64,000 bases of DNA from Alphaproteobacteria bacterium (GCA_965262615.1 OZ253545.1:1408001-1472000); one strand, 5' to 3'; shown: positions 10,767 to 21,283, counted from the stretch's first letter. The notes: a model not told the origin generated them from the sequence alone. Numbers and translations are program-made.

Positions 10767-11933
10767 ATGAAATTAGCACAAAATCTGTACTACATTTGTC
10801 ATTGTGATAATTTGACCTCCATCTTGCAAAGAGGAATTTATTGCCGTCAAAAAGTCAATGAAATGCAATTGGAGCAAAAAGATATTCATGATGAATCTGT
10901 CTTGGCTCGCAGAAATAAGACCGTCCCACTCACAAACAAAAATTTGCAAGATTATGTGAATCTGTATTTTCAACCGCGCAATGCGATGCTTTACCGCCTC
11001 ACACGCAATTATCCTTATGAAGAAATTGTCGTGTTATCCATAAAAAGAACCGTTTTGAATCATCCAGATGCACTCGTTTCTAATCGCAATGCTGCAACCA
11101 GCAATGCCGAATTTTTCTCTGCAAGAAATGGTCTCACAGAGATTAGCGATCAAGACTTAAAAAAAACCTATTGGACGGATAGCGATGATACCAAACAAAA
11201 AATGATGGCTGAAGTTTTAGTGCCTGAACACATCGCGCCCGAATATGTGGATTCAATCTATGTTGGCAATGCAAGGACGAAAGAAAAAATCTCTGAAATC
11301 GTCAATAATTTTTCCAATGATGTCATTGAACAATCCGATATATTCTTTCTGCCAACATGGCAACGAAAGATTGCTGATAATCTCTCTATCAGCAAGGGGG
11401 ATATGTTTTTTTCCAATATGCAAACATTCACCATCAGTGTGAATATTGTGGGTGTCATGGGCAAGGGCTTGGCTTCACGAGCTCGGTATCAATTTCCTCG
11501 TGCTTATGTGCAATATGAGGATGATTGTAAAAGTAAAAAACTAAAAATCGGCAAGCCAACTTTATTCAAACGGACAAAAAGAATAGAGGAAGAGCTCGCC
11601 GATGACCCGAAACTATTGAATGAAGACAGACTCAATGGGGAGCGGTGGTTTTTGTTTTTCCCCACAAAACGCCACTGGCGCGAGAATTCCAGACTGGAAG
11701 ACATTGAAGCATCCTTGCAGTGGCTGGTGAAAAACTACGAAAAGCAAGGGATAGAATCCATTGCCTTGCCCGCACTTGGCTGCGGACTCGGCAATCTGGA
11801 TTGGAGCGATGTGGGTCCCATGATGTGTCACTATCTCACGCAAATGAGTATTCAATCATGCATCTATCTTCCTGTGGAAACGGGAACGCCAGACGAGCAA
11901 CTGACTTCAGATTATTTGTTAGACAGAAAATAA
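10767..11933 (+). CDS. DarT-like DNA ADP-ribosyltransferase fused to a DarG-like macrodomain
   Basis: N-terminal half: YYICHCDNLTSIL, DYVNLYFQPRNAMLY, MAEVLV. C-terminal half: KGDMF, VNIVGVMGKGLA, FPTKRHW, PALGCGLGNLDW. Confidence 0.88.
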   Translation: MKLAQNLYYICHCDNLTSILQRGIYCRQKVNEMQLEQKDIHDESVLARRNKTVPLTNKNLQDYVNLYFQPRNAMLYRLTRNYPYEEIVVLSIKRTVLNHPDALVSNRNAATSNAEFFSARNGLTEISDQDLKKTYWTDSDDTKQKMMAEVLVPEHIAPEYVDSIYVGNARTKEKISEIVNNFSNDVIEQSDIFFLPTWQRKIADNLSISKGDMFFSNMQTFTISVNIVGVMGKGLASRARYQFPRAYVQYEDDCKSKKLKIGKPTLFKRTKRIEEELADDPKLLNEDRLNGERWFLFFPTKRHWRENSRLEDIEASLQWLVKNYEKQGIESIALPALGCGLGNLDWSDVGPMMCHYLTQMSIQSCIYLPVETGTPDEQLTSDYLLDRK

Positions 11934-12000
11934 TTATTAGACACCCTTGCGTTTGATGAGTTGGCTAACTACAATGGGGGGCTGGATGTCGCTGAATGGA

Positions 12001-12053
12001 TTGCCGCCACAGGAGCCGTGGAATTCTATGCCCAATCAGGGGGAGTGGTGAGG
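12001..12053 (+). repeat. Second copy of the gloA 3' end (matches 10710-10762)
   Basis: 53 bp with 4 mismatches. Confidence 0.92.
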
Positions 12054-12103
12054 TGAGCGAGGCTCTCGCAAAATCGCTAACAAAATGCTAGATATCTCTT
12101 ACC

Positions 12104-13267
12104 ATGACCGCGAAAAGCATAACGGCATATATCACCCCTTCCGTTTTGCGCTGGGCGCGCGAAAGCATGGGCTATGCCATTGACGATGTGGCAAATCGCC
12201 TCAATAAGAAAAAAGAAACCGTAGAAGATTGGGAGCAAGACGGAACGGAAAGTTTTCCCACCTATAGCCAGCTGGAAAAATTGGCTCAATTTTACAAACG
12301 ACCTATCGCCGTTTTCTACTTCCCCACACCCCCACGGGAAGAGCAAGCAGAAAGCAAATTTCGCACCCTGCCATCCAACTACATTAAAAAATTGACACCA
12401 CCTATGCGCTTTTTGCTCAGAAAAGCGATGGCGAAGCAACTAGATTTGGAGGAGCTGAGAGCTGGTGGATCAATCAATGATGAATTAAAGCAACTCAAGG
12501 GGCGAGACATTAATGCCCAAGATATGGCGGCTCGCGTGAGAAAAATCCTCAACATTCCAATTGGGGAGCAATTTAAGTGGAAAGATTATGACGAAGCTCT
12601 AAAGATTTGGCGCGAAAAACTGGAAGACTGCGGCATCTGGGTTTTCAAAGCTCCTTTTAAGAATGATGATTATTGCGGTTTTTACCTCCCTCATGAGCAA
12701 TTTCCCATCATCTATCTGAACAGCAGCATTGCATCCAAAGCAAGGCAGATATTTACCCTTTTCCATGAATTAGGGCATTTTCTGCTGGACAAAGGCGGGC
12801 TTGACCTCAATGGTAATATAGAAAGCGAGCTGAAAGGAAACTACAAAAAAGAAGAGGTTTTTTGCAATGCCTTCTCTGGAGCTTTTCTTGTGCCACACAT
12901 AGACATTGATTGGAATGATGTGAGTGATGAAAATATTCAGCGCAATGCTGACAAATATAAGGTGAGCCGCGTCGTCATCCTGCGTAAATATTTGGATAGA
13001 GAAGCGATTGATAGCAGCACATACAATGAAAAAATTAGAGAATGGCAACGCGTGTATATGGAAACAAAAGCACGGAAAAATGAAGATAAAAAAGGAAAGA
13101 AAGGTGGTCCCTCTTTCCATGTTGTTCACAGGGATCACTTGGGCAATAAATATCTGACACTAGCATTTACGCGCTATTACCAGAAAACCATCAATGACTA
13201 TCAATTGGCTCAATACCTTGGTGTTCGGCTGGATGGGATACAAAAGATGGAAAATTTCATGAAGTGA
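12104..13267 (+). CDS. XRE helix-turn-helix + ImmA/IrrE metallopeptidase
   Basis: LRWARE...VANRL...WE helix-turn-helix; FTLFHELGH (HExxH). Confidence 0.88.
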   Translation: MTAKSITAYITPSVLRWARESMGYAIDDVANRLNKKKETVEDWEQDGTESFPTYSQLEKLAQFYKRPIAVFYFPTPPREEQAESKFRTLPSNYIKKLTPPMRFLLRKAMAKQLDLEELRAGGSINDELKQLKGRDINAQDMAARVRKILNIPIGEQFKWKDYDEALKIWREKLEDCGIWVFKAPFKNDDYCGFYLPHEQFPIIYLNSSIASKARQIFTLFHELGHFLLDKGGLDLNGNIESELKGNYKKEEVFCNAFSGAFLVPHIDIDWNDVSDENIQRNADKYKVSRVVILRKYLDREAIDSSTYNEKIREWQRVYMETKARKNEDKKGKKGGPSFHVVHRDHLGNKYLTLAFTRYYQKTINDYQLAQYLGVRLDGIQKMENFMK

Positions 13268-13277
13268 GAGACGCAAA

Positions 13278-13775
13278 ATGAAAAAGTATGTGTTAGATAC
13301 GAGATTTTTTATTAATGTGCGCACACATTATCCAAGCATTTATGTTTCTTTTTGGGAAGCATTAAACGAGGCTGCAGAAAACGGCTCTCTCTGTTCAGTA
13401 GATGAGGTGAAAAAAGAGATTGAACAATACGGAGGGAAACAAGAACATTTGCTTGAGTGGGTTAAAACCCACAAACATGTATTTACTAAGCCACAAGAAG
13501 ATGAGCAAAAACATGTTGCGAGAATTTTCGGATTGGAAAGTTTCCAAATCCTTGGCAAAAAGCAAATTAATTCTGGTGCTCCTTGGGCAGATCCTTTTAT
13601 AATTGCTAAAGCGATGCAAATAGATGGAACAGTTGTAACTGAAGAATTGCCTGCGAAAAAAGATAACAAAGGCAAGGCACAAGCTTTAATGAAAATTCCT
13701 GATGTCTGCAAAGAATTTGGTGTCCCGTGTGTATCAATTGAACAATTTATGAAAGACCAAGGGTGGCAGTTTTGA
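13278..13775 (+). CDS. DUF4411-type PIN-like protein
   Basis: YVLDT, FWEAL, ADPFIIAKA, VVTEE, KIPDVC; usual partner of XRE-IrrE genes. Confidence 0.82.
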   Translation: MKKYVLDTRFFINVRTHYPSIYVSFWEALNEAAENGSLCSVDEVKKEIEQYGGKQEHLLEWVKTHKHVFTKPQEDEQKHVARIFGLESFQILGKKQINSGAPWADPFIIAKAMQIDGTVVTEELPAKKDNKGKAQALMKIPDVCKEFGVPCVSIEQFMKDQGWQF

Positions 13776-13849
13776 TTCCTCTCAATATCTCGTTGAAATC
13801 TTGATGGCGATGTGGGGTGTTAAAGTCTTTTGACTTCACACATAACGCC

Positions 13850-14122
13850 TTATTTTTTAACCCAATATTCGGTGAGGTAAATTGTGCGAACAGGCAAATC
13901 AGGCGGCGGTTGCAAAACTGCATATTCGTTTAATCTGCGTAATGCCGCCACATAAAGAATATTGGCATGTTCCACTTGCCAACCATCTTTGCGAAGGTCA
14001 CTAATCATTTCGGTAAATCCCTGAACACCATAAAGAACAATCGCCTCAAGGCGCGTCAGAGGCTTACCCGACAACAAATGCTCCCTAGCCGCAAGACCAT
14101 TGCCAAAATTCAAGCCTCCCAT
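13850..14122 (-). CDS. Small winged helix-turn-helix-like protein
   Basis: HLLSGKPLTRLEA...ISDLRKDG pattern. Confidence 0.55.
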   Translation of the reverse strand: MGGLNFGNGLAAREHLLSGKPLTRLEAIVLYGVQGFTEMISDLRKDGWQVEHANILYVAALRRLNEYAVLQPPPDLPVRTIYLTEYWVKK

Positions 14123-14159
14123 GAGGTCAATCTACCATTATTTTTCTCACCACCTAATT

Positions 14160-14738
14160 TCAATACCTCGTAGAAATCTTAATAGCAATTCGGGAGGCGG
14201 TTTTGATGGCAAGGGAGACGAGGGGATAAAACGGCGCTTTTTCCGCCTCACGGCGCAGAGCCTCATCGTGATGCTCTTGCTCTTCGGCACGAAAATGACT
14301 CACTTTGTCCAGCAGTTTTTTCTCATCGGGTCGCAGTTTGAGTTTTTCCTCTTGTTCTTTGTAGTGGTCGTCAATGACATCCTCCACGGCGACGGTGCAA
14401 GCCATGGCGGTGGGCGCGCCCATCAGAGCCGTCACCAGACCCATCCCCCGAGACGCCACATCCCACAGAGGCAAAAACGCACTGGGACGCACATCACGCG
14501 CCCGCAGGGTCTCCTCAAAAAACGCCAGATGCTCCTTCTCATGGGACAGCATGTCAGCCAAGGCATCGCCATCGGTTGTGTCCCGCAGGATACGCAGCTG
14601 AGCGTCATAAATCCGCACAGCCGCATATTCCCCCGCATGATCCACACGCAGCATGGCGGCGATGTCATCATCGGAGGGCGGGATGTGCTGCTCAGGCTGC
14701 TGGGGTTTGGGGGGGTGTTTTTCGTGTTCTGCTGTCAT
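14160..14738 (-). CDS. coq7: Demethoxyubiquinone hydroxylase (Coq7)
   Basis: LRVDHAGE, EKEH, VEDVIDDHY, EEQEH di-iron motifs. Confidence 0.92.
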   Translation of the reverse strand: MTAEHEKHPPKPQQPEQHIPPSDDDIAAMLRVDHAGEYAAVRIYDAQLRILRDTTDGDALADMLSHEKEHLAFFEETLRARDVRPSAFLPLWDVASRGMGLVTALMGAPTAMACTVAVEDVIDDHYKEQEEKLKLRPDEKKLLDKVSHFRAEEQEHHDEALRREAEKAPFYPLVSLAIKTASRIAIKISTRY

Positions 14739-15324
14739 GAATCATTCTCCATCCTTGGAAGGCGACCACCACCAACACAAGGGCTTCCCATTCGGCGGGA
14801 GACAAGCCCAGAGGTGCTTTTCTTTTGATGCTGTCATGAATGACGCTCCCTGCATAGACGGTGAGTAACAAGGATACAATGACATTCCAATCGGCAAGAG
14901 ACAAGCTCAAAAATGACCACAATACCTGATCGCACGGCACAATGGGGGTCGCCAGAAGTTGCTGGCGTAGGGACTCAAGGTCCTGCGCGCCGCCCAATGC
15001 CGCACACGATGAGCCAAACCATCCCAGCTCCACGCCGCTATGATACGCCGCCACCCCAGCACCAGCTGTGAGAGATAGCAACGCCAGAATCAAAACAAAA
15101 CGGCGCATGACGAGAGGCACGGATGCTATGAGACTCAAAGCGGCACACATCATGGCACCGCCCCACGCCACCCTCTGCCACACACACAACGGACACGGCG
15201 GAAAACTCGCAAAGTATTGAAGATACAGAATAAAGGCGAAGACGAAAAAACCTGCTGTCAAAACAACAAGAGCAACAGCGTGAGGGGTAGAAAAAAAATC
15301 GCTCTTAATCTTATTTATCCACAA
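14692..15324 (-). CDS. dsbB: Disulfide bond formation protein B family
   Basis: PCPLCVWQR, second Cys pair, membrane segments. Confidence 0.85.
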   Translation of the reverse strand: MWINKIKSDFFSTPHAVALVVLTAGFFVFAFILYLQYFASFPPCPLCVWQRVAWGGAMMCAALSLIASVPLVMRRFVLILALLSLTAGAGVAAYHSGVELGWFGSSCAALGGAQDLESLRQQLLATPIVPCDQVLWSFLSLSLADWNVIVSLLLTVYAGSVIHDSIKRKAPLGLSPAEWEALVLVVVAFQGWRMIHDSRTRKTPPQTPAA

Positions 15325-17050
15325 TGTCTAGCCCTTTTCTGTAAGGAACTTTAGCCTTGATAGCTTCGCTCAAAAGTTTTGCTCTTTTATCAATAAAAGT
15401 GTCAAAATCATTTTCCAATATGCCAAAACCAGCCAAAGAATTATCAGTGCCATCGCCAATAAGATGCGTTGCCATTACTTCCCCCATGGAAAGATCATTG
15501 GGAAACTTGTCCATAAAATCTGCCATGTATTCACTCGGAGCTCTATCACTCATCACACCGTTAGCAGACTGAGTGACAAAAGCTGTATTCAAAATATGAT
15601 TGACAAATTCGTTCTTATCCTCATCAATGCCTTGCTGTTTGAGATAATTTTTGGGAAAAACATGATGGTCGTTTAAAGAATTATCTCCACTGCGTTGCTT
15701 GCTTTTAAACACTTCACAACTGCCATCAAAATCAATGGGTTTCAGACTAGCAAGAACACATGCATATGGTTTCGGCGGCTTTTTATTAGAGCCAAACCTG
15801 CCATGTGTTTTAATAAAATCAATTGAGCTATCAACACTCCAGCTGGAATGCTTGTACTCAGGCTCATCCCCTCTAATGATAGCAGATACAACATTCTTTA
15901 TATCCAGAGGAATTCTTGTGCCAGTACTATCAGCATATCTTCTGGATAACACACACCGCCAAAAAAATTCCAAAAGATACTCCCTCTGTTCAGGCGTTAT
16001 ATCTTTCTTCTTCACCCTATTATGAAAAAAAGCGAATGGAATAATAGTCAGCTCAGGGTAAGGCAATAATTTAGAACTGCTAATCCCATAACCATTGTAA
16101 GTGCGAAATTTGTCAATCGTCTTTTTAATTGAGTCACAAACACTCACCCAATTATCGATAAAATCGCCTTTTTTGATCTTTAAAATGCTTTTTTGCCCGT
16201 ACTCCCCCTTCGGCAAAACAGCCGATACATGCAAAACTATTTTCTTATCTAATTGACCATAATCCATTGGTATTAATGTGCTTTTTTCATAGTCCTCATA
16301 TTTTGCCGACAATTCAAAACCCTTATCCTCATCGTAGGTTTTAGCATTCATGATTTCAAATATGTCAAGTGCTTTCCCACCCGTATTAATACGAGTAAAA
16401 ATGTCAGTGGCAACATCCATTAAAGCGTCACTCACTATAACAATTGCAAATTCGTAACCTCCTGACTGCCCCCCGTAACCGACCAGCAAACCTTTGTAAA
16501 GTCCCAATTTCTTCCAGTATTTATGACCATGTATGAAATCATCACTCGCTTTACACAATTCATGGACAGCAATGAAAGAACTTTCATCTCTGTCTCGAAA
16601 GGATGAAGTATCACTAATCCTGTCATCCCTATCTTTTTTTGTGACAACAATCGGCAGCTCATCTTCAATATTAGCAACCAAATCAATGTACATGTCTTTA
16701 AAATCAATTTTTGAAACAGGTTCCCCTCTGATGCAAGCAAACAAGGTAGTAATCCTCTGCTGACCATCCAAAACATTATAGCTGCCGGGCACCAAACGGG
16801 TTGCACTATCAGATTGCCGCTTAGCAATCTCTGTGCCGCCTATCTCTTTGTGATATTTTAATTTTTCGTCTGTAAGCCATACAGTAATAGCTCCTGCGGA
16901 ATAATTCCTCAGAATGCTATCAACAAGACCTGTTGCCTTTTTCTTGCTCCAAACAAAATCTCGTTGAAATTGTGGAATCAAAATTTTGCCATTCTCCACC
17001 ATGCTCATCAAAGTGTGGATTCCCCAAGATGTATTTTCAAGTTTAGGCAT
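15311..17050 (-). CDS. DUF262 (GmrSD-like) protein, candidate modification-dependent nuclease
   Basis: IPQFQRDFVW, LDGQQR, IFTRIN, C-terminal HHVFP...N...N; AT-rich. Confidence 0.85.
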   Translation of the reverse strand: MPKLENTSWGIHTLMSMVENGKILIPQFQRDFVWSKKKATGLVDSILRNYSAGAITVWLTDEKLKYHKEIGGTEIAKRQSDSATRLVPGSYNVLDGQQRITTLFACIRGEPVSKIDFKDMYIDLVANIEDELPIVVTKKDRDDRISDTSSFRDRDESSFIAVHELCKASDDFIHGHKYWKKLGLYKGLLVGYGGQSGGYEFAIVIVSDALMDVATDIFTRINTGGKALDIFEIMNAKTYDEDKGFELSAKYEDYEKSTLIPMDYGQLDKKIVLHVSAVLPKGEYGQKSILKIKKGDFIDNWVSVCDSIKKTIDKFRTYNGYGISSSKLLPYPELTIIPFAFFHNRVKKKDITPEQREYLLEFFWRCVLSRRYADSTGTRIPLDIKNVVSAIIRGDEPEYKHSSWSVDSSIDFIKTHGRFGSNKKPPKPYACVLASLKPIDFDGSCEVFKSKQRSGDNSLNDHHVFPKNYLKQQGIDEDKNEFVNHILNTAFVTQSANGVMSDRAPSEYMADFMDKFPNDLSMGEVMATHLIGDGTDNSLAGFGILENDFDTFIDKRAKLLSEAIKAKVPYRKGLDIVDK

Positions 17051-17209
17051 ATTCCTTATCCTCGCTTTCAGGCATGAATTCGCTTCTCTTGTATGCCACA
17101 CATCTTGCAGAAATAAAAGAGAGAAATCCAATTAATTTGCCAATGTTTTGGTGAGCAAAAGGAATCCTTGTCCCTTGACTTAGTGGCTTGTCAGCCATAT
17201 CACTACCCA

Positions 17210-18254
17210 ATGCGTTACGCTGTTTGGAATAATAAGGGTGGGGTTGGCAAGAGTTTTTTGTCCTTTGTCATAGCGACCGAGTGGATTAAGTCTTATCCTG
17301 AGCATAATGTTCTTGTTGTGGATATGTGTCCGCAAGCCAATGTGAGTGAGATATTGCTGGGTGGCAATGGGGATGGCTCGGATCATCTTGCAAAGCTCCT
17401 AGAAAACCGTAAAACCATTGGCGGTTATTTTGACAAGAGAATAAACTCACCTCACTCCATGATTAAGCCTGATGATGCCACTGATTACGCGCTTCATGTT
17501 GTGGATAGAAACGACAAAATACCCGACAATGTGTATTTGGTTGCTGATTTTTCTATTTCATCTCTGCGATCCATCGCTGGAACTACAGGTGCAGACCATC
17601 AACAATTTATCGGTGATTCCGTTGCCTGAGGACTCGTGGAAGAATGTCCATTTTTGGGTCAAAGACCTTGTTGAATCCATCATAGAGAATAAATTTAGTG
17701 GAAAAGAAACCCTCTGTATCTTGGATTGCAACCCCAGTTTTGCTTCATACACCGAACAAGCCATTCTTGCCGCCGATAGGCTGATTATTCCCTGTAGCCC
17801 TGATGGGTCAAGCGCGAGAGCCATAGAAAATGTTTCAAGGTTAGTCTATGGATTTAATGTTCCTGAGCAATATAGAGTGGCAAGCTTTCGCGCGCAGGTT
17901 GATAGTCACGCAATTGAATTGCCGCAAATTCACAGTGTTGTTTTTAACCGTTCCACCATTTACAGCAAAAAACCATCGTCTGCGTTTCAGGCAATGTTTG
18001 ACCAAGTCAAAAATGCGGTCACAGAATTCATGATAAAAGAAAAAAATCATTTTTCTCAAGGTGAAGAGGGCACTTTTTGTCATATGCCTGACGCACATAC
18101 GGTGGCTGTTGTGGCATCTTCTCTTGGAATACCTTTGCATAAGCTCAGCGCAGGCAAACACGAACTATACGATGGAAGGGAAACGCAAATAGTCGGGGAA
18201 TTGTTCAAAAGATACATGGGAAAAATGAGAGAAATGATTAATTCTCTCACTTGA
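17210..18254 (+). pseudogene. ParA-family ATPase split by an apparent 19-nt insertion
   Basis: NNKGGVGKS and DMCPQAN in one frame; DPSLELQ and DCNPS in another; removing 17547-17565 restores LVAGDPSL. Confidence 0.8.
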
Positions 18255-18269
18255 TTGGGATGTTCAAGG

Positions 18270-18866
18270 TCACATCAGCTTATAGACAATAATTCCACCA
18301 ATTGCGAGGAATGTAATTGCGATGGCGGTGCGCCATCCGAGCCAATACACGGCGAGATGCCACGCCGCTGCGCCCCATCGGCGCACAAAAAACGCCTCCA
18401 GATAAAAACGCAATCCCCGTGACACCAACGACATCACCACAAACCACACAAAATCCAAGCCCACCGCACCTGAGAAAATCGTGATGACCTTGTAGGGAAT
18501 GGGCGTGAATCCGCCCAGAAACACCATCAGCACGCCGTATTCATGATAGAGCGCGACCGTATCCCCAAACAAACTGGCCTCATCGGTGTCACGGATGGTG
18601 AGGAATCCCTCCAGCAGGAATGCGCCGATGGCATATCCCGCCACGCCGCCCGCCACTGATGTCAGGGTGGTGAGCATCGCCAGACGATAGGCCGCGCGTC
18701 GCTCCGCCAGTGCCATCAGCATCAAAGCGGGATCAGGCGGAATGGGAAAAATGATGCTTTCCAAAAAACTCCAGATGGCAAGACTGGCGCGCGCAAATCG
18801 CCCCCGCACCGCGCGAGCCAAACGAGGCGGCAGGACGATGTCATGATTTTGGTTTATGGTGTTCAT
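18270..18866 (-). CDS. YqaA/DedA (VTT)-family membrane protein
   Basis: SFLESIIFPIPPD, FTPIPYKV, SRGLRF; start approximate. Confidence 0.88.
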   Translation of the reverse strand: MNTINQNHDIVLPPRLARAVRGRFARASLAIWSFLESIIFPIPPDPALMLMALAERRAAYRLAMLTTLTSVAGGVAGYAIGAFLLEGFLTIRDTDEASLFGDTVALYHEYGVLMVFLGGFTPIPYKVITIFSGAVGLDFVWFVVMSLVSRGLRFYLEAFFVRRWGAAAWHLAVYWLGWRTAIAITFLAIGGIIVYKLM

Positions 18867-18946
18867 GGCGTGTGTCATGCTTACCCGTTGTGACATCATT
18901 ACGCTAGCTTGATTTTGGCTTTGAGATAACCGATAGTGACCGCCAA

Positions 18947-19030
18947 GCCCCTGTGGCGGAATTGGTAGACGCGACGGATTCAAAATCCGTTAGCCGCGAG
19001 GCTGTGAGAGTTCGAGTCTCTCTGGGGGCA
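18947..19030 (+). tRNA. tRNA-Leu(CAA)
   Basis: GCCCCTG/TGGGGGC acceptor stem, ACGGA-TTCAAAA-TCCGT anticodon arm, long variable arm, GTTCGAG T-loop. Confidence 0.95.
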
Positions 19031-19123
19031 CATTGTGTTGTGGCATATGTGTGTGTTGGTGCATAATTGTGTTGCAGCATATATGTGTGTTGTCGCATAT
19101 TATGTGTTAGCACATTGTGTTTG
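19031..19123. repeat. Degenerate short tandem repeats (GCA..TGTGTT) in the tRNA spacer
   Basis: About 6 imperfect units of 15-19 bp. Confidence 0.6.
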
Positions 19124-19125
19124 AT

Positions 19126-19203
<78 letters not shown>

Positions 19204-19218
19204 TGAGGGGATTTATGA

Positions 19219-19308
<90 letters not shown>

Positions 19309-19394
19309 AAAATGCCTTGCAAGCTTTTATGTCCAATCTTTTGTTCCGCGCTTTACAGTGAGATGGCAATGGTTTAATTGTAACAGCTGGGGAG

Positions 19395-21281
19395 ATGGTG
19401 ATGGAAAAACTGAGAATGCAGAGTGCCAGTGTGACACAAGAAAACATTGAAAAGATTCGCTCTTTGTTTCCTCATTGTGTCACAGAGGTGAGAGATGAGA
19501 ATGGTGACCTTGCCTACAAGATGGATTTTGAACAGCTGCGTCAAGAACTCAGTGAGCATATTGTTGAGGGTGAAAAAGAGCGATATGGCTTGAATTGGGC
19601 AGGCAAGAAGGAGGCGATTCTGGCAGCAAATAGCTCTGTTGCTCAGACACTGCGTCCTGTGCGTGGTGAAAGCGTTAATTTTGATGAGACAAAAAACCTG
19701 TTCATAGAGGGCGATAATCTTGCCGCTCTTAAATTGCTGCGCGACAGTTATTTTGAAAAAATCAAGATGATTTATATTGACCCACCCTATAACACGGGCA
19801 AGGACTTTATTTACAAAGACAATTTTGCCGAGAAAAAAGAAGACTATTTGGAACGCACCGAACAAAAGGATGACAATAGCAATCGTTTGGTGGCAAACAC
19901 TGAGAGCAATGGGCGTTTTCATTCCGATTGGCTCAGCATGATGTATTCGCGTCTTAAACTGGCAAAGCATTTGTTACGGGAGGATGGTGTCATTTTCATT
20001 TCCATTGACGACAATGAACAAGCCAATCTTAAGGCATTATGTGACGACATGTTTGGGGAGGAGAATTTTGAAGGAAATATTCATTGGAGGAGACGACACA
20101 ATCAGCCAAATGACCCTACAAAAATGTTGGCATTGGTAGCTGAGCATATTTTGGTTTACTCAAAAAATAAACAATCACTGAAGGAAGTAGGTGTTGGAAA
20201 AATTGGATTAACAGGTACTTTCAAGAATCCGGATAATGACCCAAGGGGTTCATGGGCATCAAAGCCGTGGAAGGTTGGCTCTGACCAATCAGGCAGTCGC
20301 TATATCATTAAAACTCCTACAGGTGTTGAATATGACGAGGAGTGGATGGGTGATGAAAGCACCTATGAAAGCCTTTTGGGTGACAATAGAATTATTTTTC
20401 CTAATAAAGGCAATGGCACACCAAGAAAAAAATACTTTGAATCAGAAAGAAGAGAAGAAGGACAAAGTGCAACTAATTGGTGGTCGCATAGTGAATTTGG
20501 GCACAATCAAGAAGGAAATGAAGAGATGAAAAATCTTTTTGGCATTAAAAATATCTTTAGTAACCCTAAGCCAAAAAAATTACTCAATGGATTATCTCAA
20601 ATTAGTAATGCAAAAGAAAATGATATCATCCTAGACTTCTTCGCTGGCTCATGCACGACCGCCCATGCGGTGATGCAATTAAACGCCGAAGATGGTGGCA
20701 AGCGGCAATTCATCATGGTGCAATTGCCCGAGCTGTGTGATGAGAAGTCGGAAGCTCACAAGGCGGGCTATCGCACCATTGCCGACATTGGCAGGGAACG
20801 CATCCGCCGCGCTGCCAAGAAAATCAAGAAAGACAATCCCCATTATAAAGGAGACTTGGGATTCAAATCATTCACTCTCGCCCCCTCCAACTTCAAAGTG
20901 TGGGAGAGCGATATGGAAAAAATCACTGATTTAGACCAGCAACTTCTTGACCATATTGACCATGTTGACCCCGCCAGCTCGCCAGAGGATATTCTCTATG
21001 AGCTGCTTCTCAATGCGGGGTTTCCTCTCACCGCCACCATCAACAAGGTCACCATGGCACAAAAAGAGGTGTTTTCCATCAATAATGGTGCTATACTCAT
21101 CTGCTTGGATGAAACCATCACCGCCGATGTGATTGATGCCATGGCGGCGGCGAATCCGCAACAGGTGATTTGTCTGGACAAGGCTTTTCATGGCAATGAC
21201 CAACTGAAGGTGAATGCCGTCCAAACCTTCAAATCGCGCGCTCAACAAAATGAAAGCGAAATTGTCTTTAGAACGGTGTAA
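19395..21281 (+). CDS. mod: Type III RM methyltransferase Mod
   Basis: IYIDPPYNTG, DFFAGSCTT; AT-rich central target-recognition region. Confidence 0.94.
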   Translation: MVMEKLRMQSASVTQENIEKIRSLFPHCVTEVRDENGDLAYKMDFEQLRQELSEHIVEGEKERYGLNWAGKKEAILAANSSVAQTLRPVRGESVNFDETKNLFIEGDNLAALKLLRDSYFEKIKMIYIDPPYNTGKDFIYKDNFAEKKEDYLERTEQKDDNSNRLVANTESNGRFHSDWLSMMYSRLKLAKHLLREDGVIFISIDDNEQANLKALCDDMFGEENFEGNIHWRRRHNQPNDPTKMLALVAEHILVYSKNKQSLKEVGVGKIGLTGTFKNPDNDPRGSWASKPWKVGSDQSGSRYIIKTPTGVEYDEEWMGDESTYESLLGDNRIIFPNKGNGTPRKKYFESERREEGQSATNWWSHSEFGHNQEGNEEMKNLFGIKNIFSNPKPKKLLNGLSQISNAKENDIILDFFAGSCTTAHAVMQLNAEDGGKRQFIMVQLPELCDEKSEAHKAGYRTIADIGRERIRRAAKKIKKDNPHYKGDLGFKSFTLAPSNFKVWESDMEKITDLDQQLLDHIDHVDPASSPEDILYELLLNAGFPLTATINKVTMAQKEVFSINNGAILICLDETITADVIDAMAAANPQQVICLDKAFHGNDQLKVNAVQTFKSRAQQNESEIVFRTV

Positions 21282-21283
21282 AG

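Noticed and set aside
15315-15323. DnaA box as a sign of a replication origin (also 32425-32433)
   Set aside because: Isolated boxes with no cluster, and no dnaA or hemE context
19395-21281. Phase-variable mod gene
   Set aside because: No simple-sequence repeat tract found in the ORF
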